20,000 nucleotides of DNA. Source: an uncultured virus (IMG/VR IMGVR_UViG_3300010938_000022). Lineage: Duplodnaviria; Heunggongvirae; Uroviricota; Caudoviricetes. Both the position numbers and the translations under genes were made by a program. The notes below the pieces were generated by a model. The model saw only the letters and a program-made list of their open reading frames with translations. It ran no database searches and had not been told where the DNA came from. Location of the stretch: the IMG/VR virus record IMGVR_UViG_3300010938_000022; one strand, given 5' to 3'. This document shows positions 1-9,155 of the stretch, piece by piece; position 1 is the first letter of the stretch; every line of letters starts with the position of its first letter.

Positions 1-13
1 TTCTAATTTTGAA

Positions 14-286
14 TCATTGTCTACCATTTTGAAATGCTCTCTTAGTAATAAAATGCATATCTGCTAAATCATTCATTGAAATACCTGGAAATTTGTTTAA
101 AAATGCTTCTATTGCCCCATACAAATCAGATAATTCTACAAGCATCATTAACTTACAATGCTGTGATTCTGCGTCTTTCAATTCATCTAATTCTTCCTGA
201 ATCTTTGAAATTTCACCAAGTTTACCTTTTTGAATTTTAGTTAGATGATAACCTGGATTTTCTATGCCTGCCTCTAAATTATCCAT
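14..286 (-). CDS. MazG/HisE-like all-alpha NTP pyrophosphohydrolase
   Basis: 90 aa ORF with KIQEELDELKDA...ELSDL (EExxE...ExxD) metal-binding pattern of all-alpha NTP-PPases. Confidence 0.6.
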   Translation of the reverse strand: MDNLEAGIENPGYHLTKIQKGKLGEISKIQEELDELKDAESQHCKLMMLVELSDLYGAIEAFLNKFPGISMNDLADMHFITKRAFQNGRQ

Positions 287-566
287 ATATTCCTTGGCTT
301 TTATTTTCTTTTATAAGATCATTAACTTGCTCTTCTAGTGATTTACTAAAATCACAATTTGCTACACATGAACTAGTAGCGGTAACAGCTTTTAACTCTA
401 TTATATGTCCAGATTTTAATTTCACTTTCACAATTTCTACATGTGATACTGTTCCACCTATCTTATCGTCAGATGAAGATGTTTTTGTTTTACTAATAAT
501 TTCTGTTGGTAGTGGGTCAACACCTAGTGTAGCAGCGATTCTGATAATTTGATGTAAAGCGTCCAT
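279..566 (-). CDS. hypothetical protein
   Basis: 95 aa ORF, AAGGA SD upstream, overlaps the downstream gene. Confidence 0.6.
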   Translation of the reverse strand: MDALHQIIRIAATLGVDPLPTEIISKTKTSSSDDKIGGTVSHVEIVKVKLKSGHIIELKAVTATSSCVANCDFSKSLEEQVNDLIKENKSQGIYG

Positions 567-569
567 TAT

Positions 570-1109
570 TTATTCCTTTTGCTTATCATGGTATTCTGGT
601 GGTGGGCCAAATTTTAATCTCATTAATACACCCCATGATATCAGTGATTGTGCTTTAAGAAGATCTTCGTCGGTCATGTCTTCATATTTCATACCCATTA
701 CATCTGAATCTTCTAATATAGCATAAACATAACTTTCTAATGTTTCTTCAGAGCCTTCTTTAAGTCCATTTTCAAAATTTTTCATTACTTTATCAACAGC
801 TCTCTCATATTCATTTATAGCAACTGCTCTGCAAGTATGTGTACCAACACCAACTATTTTAAGGATATCTCCAAATCCTGGTGTCCTGCCAATTATAAAT
901 GCTATAATTCCAGTTGTGCATCCTGGATTGCAAACAGCTGTATGTTTAATACCATCCCATAATATTCTTACAAATTTACCCTGTGGTTTTTCTTGTTTAT
1001 CCCATGATACTATAATACCACCTTCGTTTGGGTAAATTACATCATCAACTTTTGGCATTGGTGCTGCTTGGTGTTCTTTTCTATTTTTTGAGCGTATTGT
1101 ATTTTCCAT
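570..1109 (-). CDS. hypothetical protein
   Basis: 179 aa ORF tightly packed with neighbours. Confidence 0.7.
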   Translation of the reverse strand: MENTIRSKNRKEHQAAPMPKVDDVIYPNEGGIIVSWDKQEKPQGKFVRILWDGIKHTAVCNPGCTTGIIAFIIGRTPGFGDILKIVGVGTHTCRAVAINEYERAVDKVMKNFENGLKEGSEETLESYVYAILEDSDVMGMKYEDMTDEDLLKAQSLISWGVLMRLKFGPPPEYHDKQKE

Positions 1110-1138
1110 ACTTTGACCTTCGATACTATCACCTTAAA

Positions 1139-2077
1139 TTATACTGGAATATCTTTAATAATATAAACTATTTCTGTCTTCATATCAGATACTTTAACTG
1201 TATAAACTATATGAAATTTATCATTATGTATAATAGCATTTGGGTATGATCCTGGCCCAAAATTATATACTTCATGAGGTCTTAGACATACATCTAATTT
1301 AGCTAAAGTAAGATTATTTCTACCACGTTCATCATTATTATATATTATATATTTATGCTCATTTCCAAATACGTAGCATGAATTGTTACAGTTAGTTAGA
1401 CTTCTAATCAATATCGGATTTGACCATTTAATTAAATCAGTTGACTTGCAATACCATGCCCATGGGCCATACTTTCTTGGGTTAAAATTCCTGCTAAGAC
1501 AATTATATGTACCATACTTATCTTTCCATATTGTAGGTTGTATCATTACTGGATCTGGCTTATTAGCCTTAGTTGATAAGATTTCTAATTTGTTGTCAGA
1601 TTCTGGTTTAAAAAGTCCAAATACTAAATTTCCAGACCTATCTCCTTCTTGATATAATGGGAGAATTGTTCTATCTTTTTCAATTAGCGGATTGCATCTA
1701 GGTAGTAGTCTAGTATTCGATAGCGCAAATCTACTTGACAATTTTAATTTCTTTGGACTAAATAATCCAGCTAATTTTACCTCTTTATAGAGTAGTATTG
1801 TATTTTGCCATCTATCTATTGCATTAAATTTATTAAAGGGTGTCCTGAATCTTGAATATAAGATATATGGTTTATCATTATGGCAAAATACAATACTATT
1901 TCCTACTTTTTTATCAACTACTGTTGAATCAACTACTGTTTCGTCTTTTAACAATAATAAGTTAACTTGCTCATCGTCAGCACATTCTTTAGATGCAGAG
2001 TAAAATGTTATTAGTATATTATTTTTAGCTGCACATATTGATGCAGAATGATTGAATCTATCAATGCTAAATTGCAT
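1139..2077 (-). CDS. BNR-repeat (sialidase-fold beta-propeller) protein
   Basis: 312 aa; N-terminal NHSASI, QPTIW, Asp-box-like STDLIKWS, C-terminal SYPNAII...FHIVYT typical of BNR_2 proteins. Confidence 0.7.
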   Translation of the reverse strand: MQFSIDRFNHSASICAAKNNILITFYSASKECADDEQVNLLLLKDETVVDSTVVDKKVGNSIVFCHNDKPYILYSRFRTPFNKFNAIDRWQNTILLYKEVKLAGLFSPKKLKLSSRFALSNTRLLPRCNPLIEKDRTILPLYQEGDRSGNLVFGLFKPESDNKLEILSTKANKPDPVMIQPTIWKDKYGTYNCLSRNFNPRKYGPWAWYCKSTDLIKWSNPILIRSLTNCNNSCYVFGNEHKYIIYNNDERGRNNLTLAKLDVCLRPHEVYNFGPGSYPNAIIHNDKFHIVYTVKVSDMKTEIVYIIKDIPV

Positions 2078-2625
2078 TAGTATTTCTTTCCACCATGTTT
2101 AACTGGCCTAGTAGTATTATATGCATGTTTAGCTAGAATAGCTCCTAAATTGATCTGCTAAATCTAGGCAACGAATTATAACATCTGCTATCTCTTCTTC
2201 GATACCTGTAAATTCTGGAATATGCTCTGATACTTCTATATGATTCCTGTCAGCTTCCAATGCCTCACTTAATTCTGAATGTATTAATGCTATTGCTTCT
2301 CCAAAATTACATTCACGAGGCTTACCAGAGCGCCAACCTTTTTCTATGTTATTTTTCCTAATATCACTTTGCAATGCTGTTAAAACATCCCTAAAACGGC
2401 ATGGATTTGTTAATGAATTTGCTAAAGCGTATTGCCTAATATCCTTACCATTTAAAAAGCCTTCAATTTTATCAACAAGATCAGCAACTTCTGAACATCC
2501 AGGACTAAAGGTACCACCATAAGTATCATCTAAACCTTTAGACTTTAGAACTCTAACAGTTTCACGTAATAATTGACGCCCATTGTCGTTATCAGGTTGT
2601 AGACGGACTGCTTTTTATCAGCCAT
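2077..2625 (-). pseudogene. frameshifted MazG-like NTP pyrophosphohydrolase
   Basis: Core IALIHSELSEALEADR...IEEEIADVIIRCLDLA. The typical C-terminus INLGAILAKHAYNTTRPVKHGGKKY* is in another frame and ends in TAATG overlapping the next start. The frame is open upstream to ~2614 and the ATG at 2625 is one frame off. Confidence 0.75.
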
Positions 2626-2626
2626 A

Positions 2627-2809
2627 TTATTTCTCACAGAATTTTTTAACTCGTAAATCATCAGTCCAATCTAATAGCACCATTAGACCGACTAATGGTA
2701 ATGCGCCTACTGCTAGTATCGCAGCCGGAAACATCAATGCGAAAATAAACCATTGAAATAATGTATTCCAGCATTTAGTACCGTTTTTGTAAAATTCAGG
2801 TCTTGACAT
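2627..2809 (-). CDS. small membrane protein
   Basis: 60 aa with a long hydrophobic stretch; TAATG coupling with the HU gene. Confidence 0.6.
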   Translation of the reverse strand: MSRPEFYKNGTKCWNTLFQWFIFALMFPAAILAVGALPLVGLMVLLDWTDDLRVKKFCEK

Positions 2810-3102
2810 TATGCTAATGCATCCTTCAATGTTTTTGAAGCTGTTACCTTAACACTCTTACCAGCTGGCTTTGTCCATTGAGTGCCATTTGGTGCTGTTC
2901 CTGACTTAGCCTTTGTGGCCTTAACTGAGAAATTAGCAACTCCCTGTAGATTAACAGAATCTCCATTCTTTAAAGCCTTAGTGATAAAATCAGCCACTAA
3001 ATCAAGTACTTCACTAACAGTGGCCTTACTTAAATCCTTACCACTTGCAGTAAGAGTTTGAACTAAACTATCAATCATGTCAGACTTCGTTAACTTATTC
3101 AT
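2809..3102 (-). CDS. hup: HU-family DNA-binding protein
   Basis: LTKSDMID...LSKATVSEVLD...ITKALKNGDSVNLQGVANFSVKATKAKSGTAP...KPAGKSVKVTASKTLKDAL matches the HU/IHF fold; AAGGA SD. Confidence 0.9.
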   Translation of the reverse strand: MNKLTKSDMIDSLVQTLTASGKDLSKATVSEVLDLVADFITKALKNGDSVNLQGVANFSVKATKAKSGTAPNGTQWTKPAGKSVKVTASKTLKDALA

Positions 3103-3124
3103 ATTTATCCTTTTGTTATTGAAA

Positions 3125-3721
3125 TTAGCCTATAAATTTATTATATCCCTTTTTAATTAATTCATTTACAAATTTAGTGTATCCACCATCGCGTTCTTTG
3201 ATATCATATCTCTTTTTTGGAACTGATTTGCCACTCTTCTTTCCTAGTGAGCCATTATAAGTATTAAAGCATCTGTATGATTTATGATCAGCAGCAATTA
3301 AGCAATATCCAACAACCTTAATTTCTTTATGGTCAAATCCGCTTATATTTCTACTATAAAGTTCACTACCATCAGACATTAGATCATTTAAATTTAATGA
3401 TACCAATTCTAACTTCTTATCCGTTTTGGCCGGTTTTTGTTTTAAGTGCTTGGCCATTTTTGCTGTTTCCTTCGTTGGTTTAAATTTATCTGTAATGCTG
3501 GATTGTTTATCTGCCATACTGATAGAATTAGTAGCATTATCATTACATTCTAAAACTCTACTCTTATGAAATACTTGCTTGTCTTTAGTATTATTCTCTG
3601 GATGTACTGTCAATTTATTACTGTCTATAGATGAAACTATCCAATGAGTGCCGCCTTCGTGTGAAATTGGCTTTCCAAATTGGTTTGCTAATACAACTCT
3701 ATCATTCTTTCTAATATTCAT
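3125..3721 (-). CDS. hypothetical protein
   Basis: 198 aa ORF, Lys-rich. Confidence 0.75.
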   Translation of the reverse strand: MNIRKNDRVVLANQFGKPISHEGGTHWIVSSIDSNKLTVHPENNTKDKQVFHKSRVLECNDNATNSISMADKQSSITDKFKPTKETAKMAKHLKQKPAKTDKKLELVSLNLNDLMSDGSELYSRNISGFDHKEIKVVGYCLIAADHKSYRCFNTYNGSLGKKSGKSVPKKRYDIKERDGGYTKFVNELIKKGYNKFIG

Positions 3722-3723
3722 AT

Positions 3724-4260
3724 TTATTCCAATTTATTAAAAATATTTAATAACTGATTGTACATATCTTGATTAGTATCATAAAAACTAAGGTCTTTAT
3801 CCTCAGAATTTGACAAATTTCTACCACCAATTATGTAATGATTTGGTGAAACCAATATTAATTTTATATGACTATTATCGACAACTGAAAACTTTATTCG
3901 ATTCCATCTAGTCTTGATATGCTCAAATCTAGAATCCCATTTAGCACTTTTAGATACTGAAGAACAGTGACTAGCATCAAAAGTATTATTCACATCAGAT
4001 TCGATTATTTCTTCGTAAAGTTGGCATTTAAATGGTCTTGGAATTCCTATTTTAATATGTGTATGACAATCTTTTAATGAAAGATTGTCAAATAAAGCTC
4101 CAACTTCATTGAAGAATTTACCACCCCAATCGTTAGTATATCTTCCATCATCTAAAATACCAGTAAATATATTATATGTTGCTATATTAACTTCTGCATT
4201 TCTCTTTACAATAGTTCTTATTTTAGAGAAGAATAGCGACTTAGACTGCAGTATTTCCAT
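3724..4260 (-). CDS. phospholipase D-like (HxK) nuclease domain protein
   Basis: IATYNI near N-terminus and SHIKLILVSPNHYIIGGRNLS, an HxK...GxxN motif with a degenerate D. Confidence 0.65.
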   Translation of the reverse strand: MEILQSKSLFFSKIRTIVKRNAEVNIATYNIFTGILDDGRYTNDWGGKFFNEVGALFDNLSLKDCHTHIKIGIPRPFKCQLYEEIIESDVNNTFDASHCSSVSKSAKWDSRFEHIKTRWNRIKFSVVDNSHIKLILVSPNHYIIGGRNLSNSEDKDLSFYDTNQDMYNQLLNIFNKLE

Positions 4261-4314
4261 ATAATTATTATACTACTGTCGTACTGCAGACACAATAATT
4301 ATTACAACTTTTGC

Positions 4315-4325
4315 TCAAATATACT
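4315..4325 (+). promoter_or_regulatory. putative late-promoter-like motif TCAAATATACT
   Basis: Same motif recurs at 7385-7395(-) and 14586-14596(-), each 2-4 nt before an ATG. Confidence 0.45.
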
Positions 4326-4327
4326 AT

Positions 4328-4873
4328 ATGGATAAAGGTCTAGAACGAGTTAAGCAACTTCTTACTGATTTAGGGCTATTAGACATAAATGGTAATGCTA
4401 GCGGTGTAAGTACTACAGCAATACAAGCCTTATACGATGCAATTGTTAATACTGGAAGAACGCCAGCCGCTGCTGTGACTGATAATGAAGCTTTTAGTAT
4501 TTTATTAAATCAATTTTTAAATTTAGCCAATAGAGATATTAGAACAGATGATTCCACTAACAATGGTGCCGCATCAATTACCTTAAATCCAGCATCACTT
4601 GGAAAGTATGCATATCTAGATATAGATTCTAATTTAGAAATTAGTTTGGACACAACTGGCTCAGAATTTGGTGACGAATTCCATTTAGAATGCCATTTAA
4701 CAGGTTCTGGTGGTTGGACTGTAACTTGGGGGGCAGGATTATCAGCAACTAGTGTTGCAGCAGTAGCCCCATCATTTACTGGTGACAGAACATTAATAAC
4801 CTTTTTAAGAATGCATAGTAATGGTAGCGATAACAAATGGACTATGGTTGCAGCTAAAGAGGTCACAATTTAA
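4328..4873 (+). CDS. putative virion structural / fibre-associated protein
   Basis: 181 aa, Ser/Thr/Gly-rich beta-type C-terminal domain (GSGGWTVTWG...PSFTGDRTLITF...KW); TAATG-coupled to the Ig-domain gene. Confidence 0.55.
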   Translation: MDKGLERVKQLLTDLGLLDINGNASGVSTTAIQALYDAIVNTGRTPAAAVTDNEAFSILLNQFLNLANRDIRTDDSTNNGAASITLNPASLGKYAYLDIDSNLEISLDTTGSEFGDEFHLECHLTGSGGWTVTWGAGLSATSVAAVAPSFTGDRTLITFLRMHSNGSDNKWTMVAAKEVTI

Positions 4874-5880
4874 TGCTATTGCTTGGCCAAATTTTTGTTG
4901 ATCCACCCACAATTACCTCACCACCAGCCGGAGCTTTAACCCCTGGTACTGAAGATCAAGCATATTCAGTAATTATTACTGCAACCGGAACTGGAACACT
5001 AACATTCAGTATTAATGCTGGTACCTTACCAGCAGGAATCACTCTTGATTCTAATACTGGCATTATATCTGGCACTACTTCAGACCCAGCTAATTATTAT
5101 TTTACTGTTAGGGTAACAGATACTTATAACCAGCATCATGATAGAGATTATTCATTAACAATAAATGCAGTATCTCGCCCTGCTAGTACAACGATGTTAT
5201 TGATCGCTGATTCTGATGATACGCTTGACTTGACTGGCTCAGCTATTAATGCATTTCATGAACAAATTCAAGGGCTTGTAGATTTCACCAACGAATTTGG
5301 CGGTACAAAGTGGTCGCGCCAGACAGCCGTGCTTGACGGTAAGAATGTGGCTCGCACAGGCGGCGATTTCATTGAGTACTCAAGCCCAAACACCGCCGAT
5401 GGAAAACTGGACGCATGGATTGCTTCATCTGGCGATGTTGCGCCAGAAGGCTGTCTTGTGTTGGTGTTCTACCCGACAGCTGTTGATAATGGCAAAGCAT
5501 GGCTCAGCAGCCGTGTCAACTTGAACATTGAGGGCGGGATGATCAACGACGGCGAGGATAAGTTCCGTTTCAGAATCCGTAACACGGGCGGTGGTATGGA
5601 AGGGCCATCGGTTGCCTGTGCGCTGAACACGTGGCATTACGCCATCATGCGCTGGAACACAACACACGTTTATCTGTCAATTGACGGCGGCGCGGAAAGC
5701 AGCGTAGCACTGAGCGCGACCGGTGGCTGTAGCAACATGAATAATCGCATAGAAATCCTTGGTGATTCAGGTTCAGGGGAAGGTGCTAAAGGTGACTTCA
5801 TGGAACTCAGCATCATTGATCCTGCTGACATTGCTAATATGATTTCATTCTTGGAATCAGAATATCCAACATTAGCATAA
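4873..5880 (+). CDS. Ig-like (putative Ig / He_PIG) plus LamG/ConA-like domain protein, probable virion adhesin
   Basis: GTLPAGITLDSNTGIISGT...YYFTVRVTD Ig motif; LNTWHYAIMRWN...YLSIDG...KGDFMELSI LamG motif. Confidence 0.8.
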   Translation: MLLLGQIFVDPPTITSPPAGALTPGTEDQAYSVIITATGTGTLTFSINAGTLPAGITLDSNTGIISGTTSDPANYYFTVRVTDTYNQHHDRDYSLTINAVSRPASTTMLLIADSDDTLDLTGSAINAFHEQIQGLVDFTNEFGGTKWSRQTAVLDGKNVARTGGDFIEYSSPNTADGKLDAWIASSGDVAPEGCLVLVFYPTAVDNGKAWLSSRVNLNIEGGMINDGEDKFRFRIRNTGGGMEGPSVACALNTWHYAIMRWNTTHVYLSIDGGAESSVALSATGGCSNMNNRIEILGDSGSGEGAKGDFMELSIIDPADIANMISFLESEYPTLA

Positions 5881-5892
5881 ATGGAGAATAAT

Positions 5893-6189
5893 ATGTTGAT
5901 CAATGTTCGTTGTGGATTAAATTAAACGGAATTTGAAGCTAACTTGGTTGGATCAACAATTACTGTTGATTCAATGTCAGTAGAACAGATTCAGGATTGG
6001 TGTAGATTACATTCTGACTGCTCGTTCGAACACCCAAATCCACCAGAGTAGAAGGTAGGTAAACCGATACGCCAAATCGCAGCGGAATTGAAAGTTGAAA
6101 AAATAAAAGGTGTTGAAGCTGGTAAGACTCTAAATCAGGACTATGGAACACCAAATACCCCTCACTTGTTCCAGACTTGTAAATCTTAA
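5893..6189 (+). pseudogene. interrupted hypothetical ORF
   Basis: GGAG SD and ATG at 5893; 99-codon frame with in-frame TAA (5923) and TAG (6049). Confidence 0.4.
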
Positions 6190-6228
6190 TACTTCCATTC
6201 TTATCAACAACAACCTTTGGAAATTAAC

Positions 6229-6392
6229 TTAATAACGGGCGCTTATCTCCGTTGCCGTTAGGGAAAGCGGAACAGAGGATAGGCCGCCTTGATGTTAAGG
6301 TAAGGGTGAAAACAGCCAAGGGGTGACCCTAGCAACACTCTTGCTTTGCGAAGCTCGGACTTTCCTCGTGTTAACTTCTAACCCGTACTATT
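6229..6392 (-). ncRNA. rnpB: RNase P RNA gene, rearranged and partial
   Basis: GAGGAAAGTCC at 6367-6357(-). AGGGAAAGCGGAACAGAGGATAGGCCGCC...GGTAAGGGTGAAA and the GGG-GTGA-CCC P9 hairpin lie on the + strand at 6260-6332. AGATAAG plus a P2-like 3' strand follows. The 3' P4 strand was not found. Confidence 0.8.
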
Positions 6393-6759
6393 TAGATTTT
6401 TTATCTTTTTTCTTAAATACTTGGTTAATAACTTTGAATAAATCTTTATGTTTAATATCAAAATCAATATAAAACTTTTTAGCCTCATCTGATGACATTG
6501 CGTTACCGCGTTTTTCACCAAGATTATAAATTAAATCTATTAAAGATTCTAAGTCATCTTGGAATACTAATTTGTGTTTAAAAACTAAAAAGCAAATCAT
6601 ATCAACGTAGTAAACAGAATCTAATTTGTCATTTGAAAATTTCTTTTCAATTACTTTCCACAAATCTAAAATTCTCTTAGGATCAGGATCAGTTATCAAC
6701 ATCTTCTCAAAAAGATTTACCAGTTCTTGATGTTCTATTGATTTTAAATGTAGATCCAT
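6388..6759 (-). CDS. hypothetical protein
   Basis: 123 aa ORF downstream of a tRNA. Confidence 0.65.
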   Translation of the reverse strand: MDLHLKSIEHQELVNLFEKMLITDPDPKRILDLWKVIEKKFSNDKLDSVYYVDMICFLVFKHKLVFQDDLESLIDLIYNLGEKRGNAMSSDEAKKFYIDFDIKHKDLFKVINQVFKKKDKKSK

Positions 6760-6769
6760 GATTTATTTT

Positions 6770-6844
6770 TGGCCGCCGCAGGTGGTGCTGCCCCACCGAC
6801 TCTTCCTTATGAGAGAAGCGTTTTACTGTTGAAACTATACGGCG
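6770..6844 (-). tRNA. tRNA with CAT anticodon (elongator Met or Ile2)
   Basis: CGCCGTA/TGCGGCG acceptor, CTTCT-CTCATAA-GGAAG anticodon arm, T-loop GGCAGCA, encoded CCA; paired 1-72 so not a canonical initiator. Confidence 0.85.
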
Positions 6845-6859
6845 ATTAGTTACTTCTAC

Positions 6860-6933
6860 TGGAGCCACTTCGGAGAATCAAACTCCGATCTCTAGCTTAC
6901 GAGGCAAGCGTAATATCATTATACTAAAGTGGC
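6860..6933 (-). tRNA. tRNA-Thr(CGT)
   Basis: GCCACTT/AAGTGGC acceptor, loop CTCGTAA, CCA end. Confidence 0.9.
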
Positions 6934-7118
6934 TTACTTCCATAAATTTATTTCACGTTCTATATCTTCTAAAGAAACTGGTGAAAATATATTATTAAAC
7001 ATTTTAATATAATCCATTTTCCTAGCAAATGGTTGTGCTAATAGTTCAAATGGTACCTCTTGGATACCAACTATATCGTTATAAATCCAATTATGATCTA
7101 ATTCTATTCCAGATGATA
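6934..7118 (-). pseudogene. 5'-truncated ORF fragment
   Basis: Open frame ...GIELDHNWIYNDIVGIQEVPFELLAQPFARKMDYIKMF...INLWK* with no start codon at its 5' end. Confidence 0.4.
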
Positions 7119-7382
7119 TTACTTCTTCCTATATTTAACTTTATTGCCTTGTGCTCTTTGTTTTTTCTTATTAGAAGTAACTACAAGATTTCTCTCTGAA
7201 TTAGAGCCACCTTGAGCCAATGGTCTCTTATGATCTACTTCTTTACCGTCACCCTTCTTTAAACCCATTTTACGTCTAGCAGAATTGCGCATTGACCTTT
7301 GCTTAATATGCTCTGGCTTGCCATGATAAAGCTTGTATTCTCGCTTGTAATCCCTCTCTTCATATAATTTATTAAGCTTCAT
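7119..7382 (-). CDS. small HNH endonuclease
   Basis: KGDGKEVDHKRPLAQGGSNSERNL HNH-type motif; RDYKREY N-terminus. Confidence 0.75.
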   Translation of the reverse strand: MKLNKLYEERDYKREYKLYHGKPEHIKQRSMRNSARRKMGLKKGDGKEVDHKRPLAQGGSNSERNLVVTSNKKKQRAQGNKVKYRKK

Positions 7383-7396
7383 ATACTATATTTGAA

Positions 7397-7603
7397 TCAC
7401 TCTTCTTTTAATATCTCTGGATATAATTCTGTTTCATCCTTAGCATCCATATTAATTAATACATCTACCTCTTGCCCAACTTTGGCATCGTTGAAGATTT
7501 TTATATTTATAATCTTATGTGAAGACCATTGTGGTATTAATACCTTAACAATACCGAGTTTAGTATTTATCCCCATAACTCTTAATATTGTTTTGGACTT
7601 CAT
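7397..7603 (-). CDS. hypothetical protein
   Basis: 68 aa ORF abutting the lipoprotein gene. Confidence 0.55.
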   Translation of the reverse strand: MKSKTILRVMGINTKLGIVKVLIPQWSSHKIINIKIFNDAKVGQEVDVLINMDAKDETELYPEILKEE

Positions 7604-8248
7604 TTAATCTTTTGTTGTAATTACATTACCAATTGTAAGTTTATCACCATTAGGAAGTATAATAGTTAATACACCATTCTCATGAATAACTTCCCACCAT
7701 ACAGAATTTTCTCTGTCATCTTTAGTAATCTTACCTCTAGTTTCATGATTTACACCATACTTTGGATCTGGTGGCTCACCATTTGGGCCAGACTTCCACT
7801 GATAACTAGCATTGAAATACGGTCCTATATTAGTCTTTACGGAACCATCTCTATTTTGTGGAAGTTGTGCAAACATTCCTTCCCAGTCAACCCCCTCAAC
7901 GTTGGCAGGGTATAATCTCATCCTTCTAACTGTTTTTGGAAATGAGAACGAAATGGAATGTTGATCCCAATGATCTGGTAAAAAACTACCATCATCTAGT
8001 TTAAAATATTCAACTAAATATATATTAGTGTCTAACTCTATTTCTTGGGCTATCCCTTCAAATTCAGTCCATTCGGCAAATCTTACTTTTACTTTGTAAT
8101 GATATTTGTAAGTTTCTAACCCTATAACTTGAAACCCAACTTTAGCTTCCTTATTTGGTTGTTCTAAAGGTGGGAAGTCTTTTGCATAATTAACTATTGA
8201 GCAACCACTTAGTAGGCTTAAACACATTAGTAATATGAGTGTTCTCAT
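7604..8248 (-). CDS. putative lipoprotein
   Basis: MRTLILLMCLSLLSG-C signal peptide II and lipobox; start re-assigned to ATG 8248 because the longer ORF overlaps a tRNA. Confidence 0.8.
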   Translation of the reverse strand: MRTLILLMCLSLLSGCSIVNYAKDFPPLEQPNKEAKVGFQVIGLETYKYHYKVKVRFAEWTEFEGIAQEIELDTNIYLVEYFKLDDGSFLPDHWDQHSISFSFPKTVRRMRLYPANVEGVDWEGMFAQLPQNRDGSVKTNIGPYFNASYQWKSGPNGEPPDPKYGVNHETRGKITKDDRENSVWWEVIHENGVLTIILPNGDKLTIGNVITTKD

Positions 8249-8267
8249 ATTATATTTTTGGTTAAAA

Positions 8268-8354
8268 TGGCGGAATGCAAGGGACTCGAACCCCATCCAC
8301 TTGCGACCATCTAGCTTCCAACTAGCGCTGATACGCCTGCCCAGTTTGCATTCC
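8268..8354 (-). tRNA. tRNA-Ser(GGA)
   Basis: GGAATGC/GCATTCC-G-CCA, loop TTGGAAG, long variable arm, TTCGAGT. Confidence 0.85.
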
Positions 8355-8401
8355 AGATATTTAGCTTCCTACAGCTTCATCATCTGATTAAATAAACTCT
8401 G

Positions 8402-8810
8402 TTACTGGAAAATGTGCTCTACATTAAAAAGTAGTCTATAAAATTTAGGATTACGACATAAGAGGAGCAAATGGCTATAGGTATATTCAGAGATGATGGG
8501 ACACCAGCAACTTGGGCTGATGGGTATTTGGTGATGACAGACTTTTAAAATTAAAGAGAGCTGGACGTTCAGCGGCGCTATGCTGGCTAAGTAAAGTGAA
8601 ATAGCTTCTCCATTGAATGGAAATTCAAATTGTTCTACACCAAACTCAGTTGATAGATTAAATCCTAAAGCTGCTTTTGTAAATCCAGCATTTTTACGAT
8701 CAAAATATTTCTCTAAATCTTTAGTGTCCAAAAATTCTTTAGTATCTTTTAAAGAAAACAATATAGGATTTCTTGGGTTAAATTCGTGTTTAGCTATATT
8801 TCTAATATCT
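8402..8810 (-). pseudogene. chimeric or truncated ORF fragment
   Basis: Frame open upstream of 8761 (LDIRNIAKHEFNPRNPILFSLK) without a start. The 3' part overlaps a + strand SD/ATG fragment (AGAGGAG, ATG 8471), suggesting an inverted piece. Confidence 0.35.
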
Positions 8811-9111
8811 AACTAATTCTATTATGTTCTTCTTTCAGTTCATTGCATAATTTAACTAAGATATCGCCATGGCATGGTAAAGGTTTACAAAAACAGCCTA
8901 ACTTCTTGCCATCTAATGCTAATATGTTATTTCTCCAATCTTCATCTTTTAACATACGTCTTCTAGCATAAGATTCAAATAACTTTATAATCTCTTCCCT
9001 ACTTCCATCAGCTTCTGTAAATGGATTACCAAAATATCCATCATGACCCTTACCGGCTCTACCGATATAGACATCATATTCTTCATATTTTAAATTGACT
9101 ACTTTACACAT
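8809..9111 (-). CDS. DUF4326 domain protein
   Basis: VVNLK...YDVYIGR...FGNPF...L.GKKLGCFCKPLPCHGDIL signature. Confidence 0.9.
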   Translation of the reverse strand: MCKVVNLKYEEYDVYIGRAGKGHDGYFGNPFTEADGSREEIIKLFESYARRRMLKDEDWRNNILALDGKKLGCFCKPLPCHGDILVKLCNELKEEHNRIS

Positions 9112-9155
9112 AAATCTTTTCTACTTTCTCTTCTGGATCTCCATAATACTGTAAG

